A stretch of 63,137 nt of DNA, filler included, from Octopus bimaculoides (GCF_001194135.2; 6 parts of 6 records of this genome joined end to end with filler, not necessarily neighbours in it), one strand, 5' to 3'. Shown: positions 40,968 through 52,985, counted from the whole stretch's first letter. The notes: generated by a model from the sequence alone, not told the origin. Numbers and translations are program-made.

Positions 40968-41889
40968 CGCGTACATGTGTGTGTGGATATGTGTGTGTGC
41001 ATGAGCATGTGCCTGTATTACTGACTGTGCACATGTTCCCGGATAAATGTGTATGTGTGTGTGTGTATACTTGTGTGTATGTATGTGTGTGCTTGCAGGT
41101 ACACATGTGTGTATGTGCATACATGTATGCATGTGTATGTGTTGGGGTATGCACATGTGTGTGTGTTTGAATATGAGCATATTTATGTGTATATGCATGT
41201 GAATGTGTGTGTATATANNNNNNNNNNNNNNNNNNNNNNNNNNNNNNNNNNNNNNNNNNNNNNNNNNNNNNNNNNNNNNNNNNNNNNNNNNNNNNNNNNN
41301 NNNNNNNNNNNNNNNNNNNNNNNNNNNNNNNNNNNNNNNNNNNNNNNNNNNNNNNNNNNNNNNNNNNNNNNNNNNNNNNNNNNNNNNNNNNNNNNNNNNN
41401 NNNNNNNNNNNNNNNNNNNNNNNNNNNNNNNNNNNNNNNNNNNNNNNNNNNNNNNNNNNNNNNNNNNNNNNNNNNNNNNNNNNNNNNNNNNNNNNNNNNN
41501 NNNNNNNNNNNNNNNNNNNNNNNNNNNNNNNNNNNNNNNNNNNNNNNNNNNNNNNNNNNNNNNNNNNNNNNNNNNNNNNNNNNNNNNNNNNNNNNNNNNN
41601 NNNNNNNNNNNNNNNNNNNNNNNNNNNNNNNNNNNNNNNNNNNNNNNNNNNNNNNNNNNNNNNNNNNNNNNNNNNNNNNNNNNNNNNNNNNNNNNNNNNN
41701 NNNNNNNNNNNNNNNNNNNNNNNNNNNNNNNNNNNNNNNNNNNNNNNNNNNNNNNNNNNNNNNNNNNNNNNNNNNNNNNNNNNNNNNNNNNNNNNNNNNN
41801 NNNNNNNNNNNNNNNNNNNNNNNNNNNNNNNATATATATTATTTAAATTTTTAGCAGAAGTAATAGAATGACTCAAGAGTCAAGAGTTT

Positions 41890-44240
41890 CATTGACATGG
41901 TCTCTACAGCTGGATGCCCTTCCTAACACTAACCACTTTACAGAGTGTACTGGGTGCTTTTACACAGCACTGGCATGGGTGCATTTACATGGCATCAGGT
42001 GCTTTTTTTTTGTGACACCAGTGCCTACAAGCATGCAAGGTTAAGGATGTTCAGCTGGAAAACAATGCAGGGGATGAGCCTGTATGCAAGGACAGCCATG
42101 CTTTTACTTAGCTTGATATGCCTTTTCAAGCACAGCAAACTGCCAGGAGTCTTGGTCCCCTGTAATTCCTTCTGTGAATCTCAATGTCTGTAGATCCTTT
42201 CTCATCACTTCATCTCATATCTTCCTGAGTGAACCCTTTCTACATGTTCTCTCTACAATTAGAGATCAGCACCTCTTGGTGCAACTGTATTCATTCATAC
42301 ACATTACATAGCCATACCAGTGCAATTTTCTCTCTTGCACACTACATCTCATGCTACATATACCCAGTTTTTCTCTCAAATCACTCACACTCTCTCATGT
42401 ATGCACACTGACATTACCCATCTAGCAAAGCGTACTGGCTTCATTTCTTTCAAGTCTTTGCATATCCTCAGCAGTCACAGCCCATGTCTCACTGCTATGT
42501 AGCAGAGCTGTTTGTACACAGTCATCATACAACCTGCCTTTCATTTTGAGGAAGAGGCTTTTCATTAGTGACAGAGGTAGTAGTTCTCTGAACTTTGCCC
42601 AGTGTATTCTTATTTTAGCAGCTATGCTTCTGGAATAACCTTCTCCACTGCTAACTTGATCACCTGAGTAATGGAAACTGTTTTACTATTTCTATGGATC
42701 CCTCTGACATTTGAGGAAGTCTATTTTTTGTACATTCCTGGTGTTTATTGTACCTGCACATTTGCCACATGTAAAGACTATTTTCTCTGTTAGTCTTCCA
42801 GTGATACCGCTGTACCTCTTATGTGTCCATAGCTTGCACTGGGTACACCTTATAGAGTTTTTCCTGACAACTTTTCTACATATCAAGCAAGACCATCTCT
42901 CTGAAGGGGTCTGTGGTTTGTCTGTTTTCTAACTTATCAATACTTTGGTCTTTGCTAAATAAACTTTAAGGCCCTTTGATTCCAGTCTATGCTTCCATAC
43001 CTGAAATTTCTTCTCTAGTTATGATAGTGATTCAGCAATAAGAACAAAGTCATCAGCATAGTGGAGCTCCCAAGGGCAGCCAGTCTTAAATTTCTGTTAT
43101 AGCTTGATAAGAGAGGTCTTAGAACCGAACCCTGGTGGACTCTTACTTGTACATTAAACTCTTTACTATACTCATTGGCAGCTCTCATCTTACTAACAGC
43201 ATTCCTATACATTGCTTGTACAGCTCTCACTAACCACTAATCTATCTCTAGCTTTTGCATTGCCAACCAGATAAAGGAGTGGGGGGACCCTGTCAAAGGC
43301 TTTTTCCACATCAGTAAAAACCAGATACAGAGGTTTATTTTTGGCTAAGTATTTCTCCTTTAGTTGCTTCACCAGGAAGTTAGCATCAGTGGTGCTTCTC
43401 CCTGGCACAAATCCAAACTGTACCTCATCTATGCTAACTCTCTAATAAATTGAGCAATGACCCTTTCTGCTACTTTCATCACCTGAACCAGCAATTTGAT
43501 GCCTCTCTAATCATACCTGTCTAGGGCATCAAAAAACACTTCAAGCTTCTGGTCCTCATGTCACAGAACATTGGCAAACTTCCTTCCTCTTTTCTGCTTC
43601 TCCCCTGGCTAGGTATACAAATCTTCTAGCCTTCTTCCTAGATACTTGATATTGTAGGAAGTGTGGTTGGCACTGGATGGGTGCCACACAATTCCTTAGA
43701 TAAACGTGGAAGGAAAATAGTGGAACAAGAATAACCGAACAAATAACAATATTTATTTTTCAGTCTGTACAAGCGTTACATCTCTGGACAATTGGTAGCC
43801 AGGTTGCCTTGGTGTGGAAGCAGCAGAGTCAGTTTAATCACAATTGTGAAGGCATTCTTCACAGGTTAGCCAACGCTGTGTGACGCCTTCAGATCTCCAG
43901 CTACATGGAGCTGGTCAAGATTGCATGCGTCTAGGCCGGCAGCAGGAATGAAGAGGAGAGAATGGAGGTCAAGCCTAGCAGCTACTGATGACTGCGCATG
44001 CGCATAAGGGGCTTCCAGACGGCTCTAATCCATGTGCATGCGTGGATGAAAATTCCAAAATGGCGACTGGAACCAGGTGTCACTACAATATAATTCTCTG
44101 CTGCCACCATCTTTGTAATCCTTCCAGCCCTCTTTCTTTGCTCTAGAGGCCTTGTCTACAACATTGTTATTGTTCCACCACCACATCACCCTAAGTCTAG
44201 TTGGGACTTTGCACCAGCCACAGATTTGGTCTTTGGCACT
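41890..44240 (-). mobile_element. 5'-truncated RTE-clade LINE (RT plus PHD-like finger plus 3' UTR), split by a solo LTR
   Basis: PGRSTTDA.F...EKYLAKNKPLYLVFTDVEKAFDRVP, VHQGSVL.PLL, and WSCLICRK...CTQCKLWTHKR...CGKC. The 3' UTR motif GGATGCCCTTCCTAAC (+ strand) is typical of RTE tails. Confidence 0.9.
43653..44087 (-). mobile_element. Solo LTR (435 bp), probably Gypsy-type
   Basis: TGTAG...CTACA termini and a 4-bp TSD ATAT (43649-43652, 44088-44091). AATAAA on the minus strand at 43752-43757. Removing it restores the host LINE frame (GGSRELY/QVSRKKA). Confidence 0.9.
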
Positions 44241-44990
44241 CAGCAAGGAAAGAATAATAAGATATAATGGTCAAGTTTCTAAAAATAGACATAGGCACTT
44301 AATAAGTCTATGTACTATGTCTATGTACTAGCTAAAGTGATAGTGGGGGTGTCTGATGAATCAGTAAGGGAAAGAAAAATATGTATATAGATATACATAT
44401 TTCTGCACATGCACAGAAACTTGATCATTATATCTTATTATTCTTCTCTTCCTTTTTGAGGTTTACTACTCACTTTTAGTACACCACCCCCATACCATTT
44501 CCTTTACCTATCTCTCCACAACTTAGTGCCTTTCAAACATATCCCTCACCTCCCACTTCTCACACATATTCCTTCCTTACATTATTATCTCTTCCTTCTA
44601 TCCCTCCCCTATTCCTTTTATCTACTGACAGCTCTCCTCTCCCATCCCCATCACAATATCTTGACCACCATCTAGTACTCTCTTTTTTCATTTTCTATGT
44701 ATATTTATATTCGTATATGTATATATTCGTATATGTATATATCTATGTATGTGTGTCTATGTGTTTGTGTTTGATCCCCACCACCGCTTGACAACTGGTG
44801 TTGGTTTGTTTAATCCCCTATAACTTAGCAGTTCAACAAAAGAGAGTGATAAAATAAGTACCAGGCTTTAAAAATATTTTTTAAACACACACACACACAC
44901 ACACACATGTATATATAACATGTTTGAAAAGCTGTTAACAACAAAAATGCTTACACAATATAAAAGCTTCCTTTCAAAATAATTGTACCA

Positions 44991-45205
44991 TTGTTATTTA
45001 CAAAAAAATTTTATCTAATTAATAATTTGTTAATTTAAGACAATCTTTCTTCAAATACACATAGGTATATATGAATGTGTGTGTGTATATACATATTGTT
45101 ATTTACAAAAAAATTTTATCTAATTAATAATTTGTTAATTTAAGACAATCTTTCTTCAAATACACATAGGTGTATATGAATGTGTGTGTGTGTGTGTATA
45201 TACAT
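44991..45205. repeat. Near-perfect tandem duplication of about 105 bp
   Basis: The unit TTGTTATTTACAAAAAAATTTTATC...ACATA starts at 44991 and at 45096. Confidence 0.9.
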
Positions 45206-45788
45206 ATTCATTTAAATCTTTTGGCATGGGTTTTATGGCAGGATGCCCTTGCTATGATCAACCATTTAACTAAGTGTATGAACTAAGTGTATTTTATCAC
45301 ACCACAGGTGCTATAGATGTAGCTTGCAGTGGGACTAAAGAATTCCTCCAAGTCTACAACTGTTTTTTCTTTTTTATAATCAGAGATATTTCTCTCTTAA
45401 ATGGGTCACCTTCACTGTAGCTTGTGGATTACCTGTTTTACTCATTCCTTCTTCATTCCTTTTAGCATAGTCTTTACAAACTACTATACCATATATTAGA
45501 TAATGTAGTTTTAAATATACTGTAACTGAATAAAAGATAGTAAGTCACAACTGGAATGTCATTGGACATAAACCTGCTGGATCACAGCAGACATGGGGTT
45601 AAGTAAAAAATATTTTTAAAATAAAACTATATTCACTAATACTAATAACTAATAACTGAACTCAGCACACCAAATTGAAGACATTTGAAAGGATACACTG
45701 AATGTAATTTGTAGAACTCTACACGTGCTCCCTTTCGGGTGGACGACTTGTGTCTAGTTCTGGAAATTATATTTTATAAATCAACAGA

Positions 45789-45853
45789 CTACGCTGATGA
45801 TCCTGCAGATATTTACTTATGTAAATTTTAACAGGTGAAACCATGGTACGTAG
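45789..45853 (+). ncRNA. Type I hammerhead ribozyme
   Basis: Stem I CTACG/CGTAG. Core CTGATGA at 45794-45800. Stem II CCTG/CAGG capped by ATTTAC-TTAT-GTAAAT. GAAA at 45837-45840, palindromic stem III ACCATGGT, GUA cleavage after 45848. Confidence 0.85.
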
Positions 45854-46186
45854 GTTAATCGTTTTTTATATTTAATATTCTTTCATTTGTCTTGCCCTTT
45901 TGCAGTCTGTTGTGTCGCTAAATTTTTATTGAGAACATATTTTTCGTGGTTAGATGATTCGGCATCTATTTCTAGCATATAGGAGTCCACTTTTGCTGGT
46001 CATTCCTATTATTTTTGTATGTATACTGAAAAATGTAGTCCTAGAAACCCAGTATCTTAGTAAACTAAGGAACTCCTTTGATGCCGGGTCTTTTTGATTA
46101 GGACTAACCTGGGGATCAACAAGAACAACAAAACCAGCAACTACAGCAATAGCCACTAAAGTATACATTAAATAATGTTATCTTAA

Positions 46187-46397
46187 CCTTTAAACTGGCC
46201 ATAACTGGTCCTGTTTCTACCTGTTTAACGTTCATACTGGCCAGATCCAGCCTCTCACATCTACCCTGCAATGTCATTCTAAAATTAAATAATCACATCT
46301 TCGAAATCTGGAAGATACACAGTATGACAGGATTAATTTTTGAAAAATGTGAATAAATAAGCATTACATTTGACAAAGTAATCTGTATACTAAAGGG
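46187..46397. mobile_element. piggyBac-type MITE
   Basis: TTAA TSDs at 46183-46186 and 46398-46401. Ends CCTTTA... and ...TAAAGGG. Removing it extends the homology with the 47.6-kb paralogous segment. Confidence 0.75.
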
Positions 46398-46419
46398 TTA
46401 AATATAGTATGTCTAAGTA

Positions 46420-46640
46420 TATTGGTTTCAAATTTTGGCACAAGGCCAGCAAGCTTGGAGGAGGGGATAAGCCCATTACATTGGCCCCAGTATGTGAATG
46501 GTATTTATTTTATTAACCCCCAAAAGGATGAAAAGTAATGTTGACTTTGGCAGAATTTGAACTCAGAACATAAAGATGGATGAAATTCCACTTAGCATTT
46601 TGCCCAGCATGCTAACAGTTTTAGTAGCAGGCTGCCTTAC
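46420..46640 (-). mobile_element. SINE family B (CpG-decayed)
   Basis: Family B body with CpG changed to TpG/CpA. Confidence 0.8.
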
Positions 46641-46644
46641 TATT

Positions 46645-47040
46645 TTTTTATCTTTTATCATTCACTTGTTTCAGTCATTAGACTACGGCCATGCTGGGGC
46701 ACCACTTTGGAGGATTTTTTAGTCAAGACTTATTTTTTAAGCCTGATACTTATTCTATTGGTCGCTTTTGCTGAACTGCTAAGTTATGGGGATGTAAACA
46801 CACCAGCACTGGTTGTCAAGTGATGGGGTGGGGACAAGCACAGGTACAAAGACACATGCACACATAAATATATACATACATATGATAGGCTTCTTTCAGT
46901 TTCCATCAACCAAATCCATTCAGAAAGTTTTGGTCAGCTTGGGGCTATAGTAGAAGACAATTGCCCAAGATACTATGCAGTAGGACTTAACCTGGAACCA
47001 TGTGGTTGGGAAGAAAGGTTCTTACCACACAGCCATACCT
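46645..47040 (-). mobile_element. SINE family A (CpG-decayed)
   Basis: Collinear with the family consensus along its whole length. Confidence 0.85.
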
Positions 47041-47224
47041 GTCTAGATATATTCTTTTCTAATCTAGGTACAAGGCCCGAAATTTTTGGGGAGGCGGCCA
47101 GTCAATTAGGTCGAATCCACTATGCAACCGGTACTTAATTTATTGAATATTTTGGGACATGAATCTGCTGAGTCAGGGCTGACTTGGAGTTAAACAAAAA
47201 AATTAAATAGAATTATAACAACTA

Positions 47225-47563
47225 CAGTGGCAAGTGTCTTCTACTATAGCCTCAGGCCGACCAAAGCCTTGTGAGTGGATTTGGTAGACGGAAACTGAAA
47301 GAAACCCGTCGTATATATGTATATGTATATGTATATATATGTATATGTATGTGTGTTTGTGTGTCTGTGTTTGTCCTCCTAGCATTGCTTGACAACCGAT
47401 GCTGGTGTGTTTATGTCCCCCGTCACTTAGCAGTTCGGCAAAAAGAGTCCGATAGAATAAGTACTAGGCTTACAAAGAATAGGTCCCGGGGTCGATTTGC
47501 TCGACTAAAAGCAGTGCTCCAGCATGGCCGCAGTCAAATGACTGAAACAAGTAAAAGAGTAAA
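47225..47563 (+). mobile_element. SINE family A, 5'-truncated, CpG-intact (young)
   Basis: Very close to 4132-4550 and retains its CpGs. Confidence 0.92.
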
Positions 47564-48779
47564 GAGTATATATCCAATAATGTAGTCCTAAAAACACTAT
47601 ATCTTAGTAAACTAAGGAGTTCTTTTGATACTTGGTCTCTTTGGTTCAGACTGCCTTGGGTTTCAACAACAGCATCAATGACAATAACCACCATACTTAT
47701 ACATTAAATAATGTCATCTTAAATGCACAATGTCTGAATATAATAAAGAGCTTATTGTATACAGTGCTCAAAAAATATGGGATGGTGACAACTGGGACAT
47801 CTTTGATCCTAAGCCTGTTGATGAAGGTTGAACTGGGGCTAAACAAAACCACCCTATAAGAACAATAGCATGATTGTCACACCTAAATATTTCATATATT
47901 TCATACATTTCATACATTTCTCTTTTATAAATCAGCTTATAACAACATCAACAGCATTAGCTAGAGTTATCCATAAAAATCTCATAAAGCATTCAAACCA
48001 ATCAAACTATATTGAATCTATAAGTTATATTAAAGAAACACCCTTTTGTCCTTATTCACCTGCTTTTATTTAGATTTTTTTAGGTCATTGAGAATGTTTC
48101 TCCTCCCTTCTCAGTTACTGAAAAATAGGAGTTTTTCTAATGACATTGCAAGAGTCAATCCTATTCCTTGACAATTTTCGTTAGAGGAATAATAATTTCT
48201 TACATCAGTAGCAGAAGAAGGTAGAATACTGTAAGATATTTTATTCAGAGGTTTTTTTTTTTTTTTCTTTTTTAAAGTTTCAGCTTAGAGCTGCGGCCAT
48301 GCTGATGCACCACCGTGTAAAAGTTAAAGTTGACCTTGATGGAATTTGAACTCAGAACATAAAGACAGACAAAGTGTCGCTTGGCATTTTTGCCCGGCGT
48401 GCTAAAGATTCTGCCAGCTCACAATAAAAATACAGTCTTCTGTTTTGCAGTATTTAGTTATGCTGCTTTATCTTTCATGTTCAAATCCACCCAGAGCTAG
48501 CTTTGTTTTATTTCATTGTGAGTTGGACATGAAATATCTTGCTGTATTTAGATGTGCTCTTTCACATTTTGAGTTCAAATCTCTCTGTGACTAACTGTGT
48601 CTCTCTTCATTATGGTTTTTTGATAAAATAAAATAAATGAGATTGGTATAATCAGCTGCTAATCTACCCTAATCCATCAACAAGAGAAGAAAAGAAATCA
48701 ATCAGGCCAATCACCCATTTAAGTGTACACCTCAGTTCAGTAACAGGTTGAAATCGAGTCAATTTATTCGACACTAGAG

Positions 48780-49179
48780 TGTGGCCTAATCATCATCATC
48801 ATCATCCTTATGATGATCATCATCATCATTGTCAACATCATCATCATTGGCATTGCCACTCTTGGCTCCATTTTTTGTTGCTGTCATTGTTATTGTCATT
48901 GCTTTTGTCATCATTGTTGCTGGTGTCACTGTTGTTGCCATTTTCATTGTCTTTGTTACTGTTGTCAATCATCATCATCGTCATCATCCTCCTCCTCCTC
49001 ATCATCATCATCACCATCACCACCATCATTATTGTCAATATTGTCATCGTCATCGTTGTCATCATCATCAACATCATCATCACCATCAATCATCTTTGCT
49101 GTCATCAGTGTTATCATCATCATCTTTGTTGTCGTCATCAGCAGTAGCAGCAGCAGTGGCAATATCTTTATCATCATTG

Positions 49180-49214
<35 letters not shown>

Positions 49215-49273
49215 TTCATTATCAGTAGTAGCAGTTGCATCATTGCCATCATCATTGTCATCGTCATCATCAC

Positions 49274-49320
<47 letters not shown>

Positions 49321-49330
49321 ATGTCATCAT
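48780..49330. repeat. Degenerate (CAT)n/(ATC)n trinucleotide tract
   Basis: Visible directly. Gives low-complexity ORFs in all frames. Confidence 0.92.
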
Positions 49331-49763
49331 TTTATGTCCACTTTCCATGTTGACATAAATTAAACAGGTTGAAATGGTTCAAATCAATTATTATTCAAAG
49401 TGACTACTCTCATACATGGGTCAGAGACCCTGTCTCATTCATATATTATCACATTTTTGACATGGTGTTTACATCTGGTACCCTACCTAACACCAAACAC
49501 TCTTTAGTGGGTGCACTGAGTGCATTTTTTTATGACACCAGCATTAGAGGGGTAGCCATGTCCTTGGGAAAATTTACAACAAAAGTTAAAGTTTTACAAA
49601 CTTTTAAAACTTACCATTGAAAAATTTCCCCTCAAAATAAACAATGTTACAGTATGATAAAGAATAGAATTGCATACATATAGGGTAGTCTGACAGTCTT
49701 GTTACCCCCTACATACTGTTTATTATTGTCATTATAATCATTGTTTGTTTTAGTAATATAATA

Positions 49764-50220
49764 AGTGCTGCACCCCACTATGTTATCACTGTCCAGGAAT
49801 ATGTAAATGAAGTTTTTCAGGATAGATGGATAGGGCAAGGATTGCAACAACTTCCAGCACCTGTCGATTAGTCTCCCAGAAGTCCAGATCTCATGTTTTG
49901 TGGTAATGCTCTGTAGGGTATTATCAAAGAGAGAATTTCACATGAATGCTACCAGAATACCCATCAGTTGAAGGATGCCATTCAGAGAGCCTTTGCAACA
50001 ATCACCAAAGCACAGCTTGAAAAAATATCACACAAGACATGATACCACATCATTTTGTGCTGTGGAAGTGATGGTGTTCATCCAGACCTTCTTGATGTGA
50101 CAGCATCAATGAAAGTGAATAAACTAAATCCAGTTTGTGCTTTGGATTACTGCATTACTTGTTCTTCTATTGTTCTCATTATTTTCTGGTAAGGAGTAAC
50201 AAGACTTTCGGACCACCCTG
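49764..50220 (+). mobile_element. Tc1/mariner-superfamily transposon 3' relic (transposase C-terminus plus right TIR)
   Basis: APHY...DRWIG...*SPRSPDL...L*GIIKE...LKDAIQRAF matches the WPPRSPDL-type transposases. Ends ...GACTTTCGGACCACCCTG followed by TA. Confidence 0.9.
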
Positions 50221-50409
50221 TATTTCATCATTATTATCATTATCATTCAATGTTACAATTCTGAAACTGCTGCAATAGTAAATTGCATCAGTCAAGACTG
50301 CTATCACACAATAGTAATATGGTTAATGAAGTCAAGAATACATACTCTAATGTGAAATCAATGTTTCTGACTGCTGTGAAGTACTGAGTTAGTTTTTGTG
50401 GTTTCATAT

Positions 50410-50606
50410 CTTTTATCTTTTATTTGTTTCATTCATTTGACTGCAGCCATGCTGGGGAACCACCTTGAAGAATTTTAGTTGAACGAATCCACCCCAATAT
50501 TTATTTTTTAAAGCCTGGTACTTATTCTATTGGTGTCTTTTGCCAAACCACTAAGTTATTAGGATGTAAACACTCCAACACCAGTTGTCAAGAGGCAATG
50601 AGGGGG

Positions 50607-50639
<33 letters not shown>

Positions 50640-50780
50640 CTACAGGCTTATTTCAGTTTCTGTCAACCAAATCTACTCACAAGCCTGAGGCAACTTGTCC
50701 AAGGTGCCACACAGTGGGAGTGAACCTGGAACCATGTGGTTGGGAAGTAAACTTCTTGCCATACAGCCATGCCTGTGCCT
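50410..50780 (-). mobile_element. SINE family A (CpG-decayed)
   Basis: Collinear with the family, with a small internal deletion. Confidence 0.85.
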
Positions 50781-51209
50781 ATATAAAGTTAAAAGAGAAA
50801 ATAAAATATAGTTGCCACTTAATGTAGCTTTTCTCAATGAAGATGTGGGCCTGTGATGATTGAAAGTTGGGGTGGAAAAAATTGGAGGGAAAGATGGGGA
50901 GAGGGAGAGGAGTGCAGTAACTAAATAAGAATTTGTACTATGAAGAGATCAGGTGATGATAACCATTATAATCCATAGTAGATTATAAGGGAAGGATTAT
51001 AATGAATAGTAGATTATAAGGACAGGTGGGGATCAAGACAACAAGGAAGTCTATCAAAGTGTAGACCATAGTAAGGAATGGTTGGTGGTAGGTTACCAGC
51101 ATAGGTGAGTGAACAACAAAGAAAAACAGATGAAGGTGGCCATCAGTGAGGTTAGCATACAAGGATACAGATCATTAGAGTGGGAGGATGATGAATGGTG
51201 TGCTGGTAA

Positions 51210-51355
51210 GGGGAGGAGGAGGAGGAGGAGGGAGGAAGAGGGAGGAGCAGGGAGGAGCAGGAGCAGGAGGAGCAAGAGCAGGAGGAGCAAGAGCAGGAGG
51301 AGCAAGAGCAGGAGGAGCAAGAGCAGGAGGAGCAAGAGCAGGAGCAGGAGCAGGA
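51210..51355. repeat. (GAG)n tract followed by a 15-bp minisatellite (AGGAGGAGCAAGAGC)n
   Basis: Visible directly in the sequence. Confidence 0.9.
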
Positions 51356-52229
51356 TGAGTGTGTGAGAATTACAATACTATATTATAGTTGATAGGGAAC
51401 TTACAAAAAAATAATAGGGAGTGGGGGGGGACCTAGTTCTAAGGATAGAATTATATGGATAAGGCAATGGGATAAAATTTTGCAGAATTTATGCCAGCAC
51501 ATGGAAATTTACATTAGAGATGCAATTTAAAAAGAGAGACCTCATTGTGGTGTAATATAATATAGTGGGTGATTCATGATGACACAAATGACTAGGTCAT
51601 TGATTTCCTGTGTAGGGAAATTTGACCACAAACTATGGACTGGGACAGGTGTATTTTGAGGTGGTGTCTTTTGAGTGGCAGCTGCTTGTGCTATAATGTT
51701 GTGTATAAATGTACTGTCACCATCCTATGGACCTCCTTCATCAAGCTTTACATTTGTAATATGATTAATTTTAAGCAGTGATATCTTTTACATCTGAGCT
51801 CTTTCTATAATAGTGCCATGAAACACTCTACCTCCTTTGCCACCCAAATACACCACCTCAAGTATGTATTATGCCACAATGAGGTCTTCCCACTAAATTA
51901 CTTCCCTGGTGTAACTTCCATATGCAGGTGTAAGCTTTGCAAAACCTTCTCTCATTACTTTAAATCCTTATAATTCTATTCATAGAACTAGTCTCCCTAA
52001 TTTTTTTTGAAACCCCAAACAGCTATAACAGAGTATTGTAGTTCTCACACACTTCTCTCTCTCACTCTCTTCCCTTTCTTATCAGTTCACCATAATTCCC
52101 CTCCTGTTTTAATGACCTGCATCCTTGTATACTGACACAATCGTCTGCCATCTTTATCTGGTTTTGTTTGATGTCCATGCAACTAACACTTACTACCTAC
52201 CACAAAGCATTCTCTGCTATTGCCTACAC

Positions 52230-52985
52230 CTGTGTTTCTCAACCATTTTTACTTTTTCTTTTTTTCTTTTATTTGTTTCAGTCATTTGGCTGCGGCCATA
52301 CTGGAGTGCCGTCTTTAGTCAAACAAATCAACCCCAGGACTTATTCTTTGTAAGCCTAGTATTTATTCTATCATTCCCTATTGCTGAACTGCTAAGTTAT
52401 GGGGACATAAACATACCAACATCAGTTGTCAAGTGATGTTGAGGAGACAAACACAGACACACAAACACACACACACATACACATGCACACACACACACAC
52501 ACACACATGACGGGCTTCTGTCAGTTTCCTTCTACCAAATCCACTCATAAGGCTTTGGTTAGCCTGAAGCTATAGTAGAAGACACTTGCCCAAGGTGCCA
52601 CGCAGTGGGACTGAACCCAGAACCATGTGGTTGGTAAGCAAGCTACTTATCACACAACCACTCCTGTGCCTATAGAGCCACTCTACGGACTCCTTTGATA
52701 ACTATTTTATTTTGGTGGATCCCAACGGCCATTTGATGTTTAAAAACTAGTTTTATAGATACTTTTTCCAAAATTCCTATTTTGTTATTCACACATTCAC
52801 TTGCTTAAGTTGAATTGTGTAGAATGTGAGAGAAAAACTGGCAATAAATGCATTTAAATCGAAACTTTTTCATGGACACTTAATATACAACTGTGGATCC
52901 CCAACTTACTATTTTACTTGTATGAACCCCCCAAAATCTTATATGGACCTCCTAGGGTCATATGGACCCCAGATGAGAACTACTG
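52230..52985. mobile_element. hAT-type MITE with nested SINE A
   Basis: Ends CTGTGTTTCTCAACC and AGATGAGAACTACTG. The 8-bp flanks GCCTACAC and GTCTACAT fit a decayed TSD. The interior resembles 12731-13482. Confidence 0.75.
52255..52672 (-). mobile_element. SINE family A, full length (CpG-decayed)
   Basis: Collinear with the consensus; most CpGs are converted. Confidence 0.92.

Noticed and set aside
45788-45802. YADD peptide suggesting an RT active site
   Set aside because: It is a chance translation of the hammerhead stem I and core (TACGCTGATGAT), with no RT context.
45954-46170. Signal-peptide-like ORF with an in-frame TGA (selenoprotein or mitochondrial code idea)
   Set aside because: There is no SECIS, no recognisable protein similarity and no mitochondrial gene similarity; the region continues a repeat family.
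46033-46170. H/ACA snoRNA interpretation of the duplicated hairpin
   Set aside because: An ACA triplet follows the hairpin on the minus strand, but no H box (ANANNA) or second hairpin is correctly placed in either copy.
48779-49358. Poly-His/Ser/Ile/Asp/Met ORFs
   Set aside because: A degenerate (CAT)n tract leaves all frames open.
49869-50042. All three stops in the transposase relic fall on expected Trp codons (APOBEC-like G-to-A idea)
   Set aside because: TGG is one transition from a stop, and three events are too few to infer a deaminase.
51109-51366. RS-rich ORF (RSKSRRSKS...) resembling an SR protein
   Set aside because: It is produced by a 15-bp minisatellite that is open in several frames, with no RRM or splice context.
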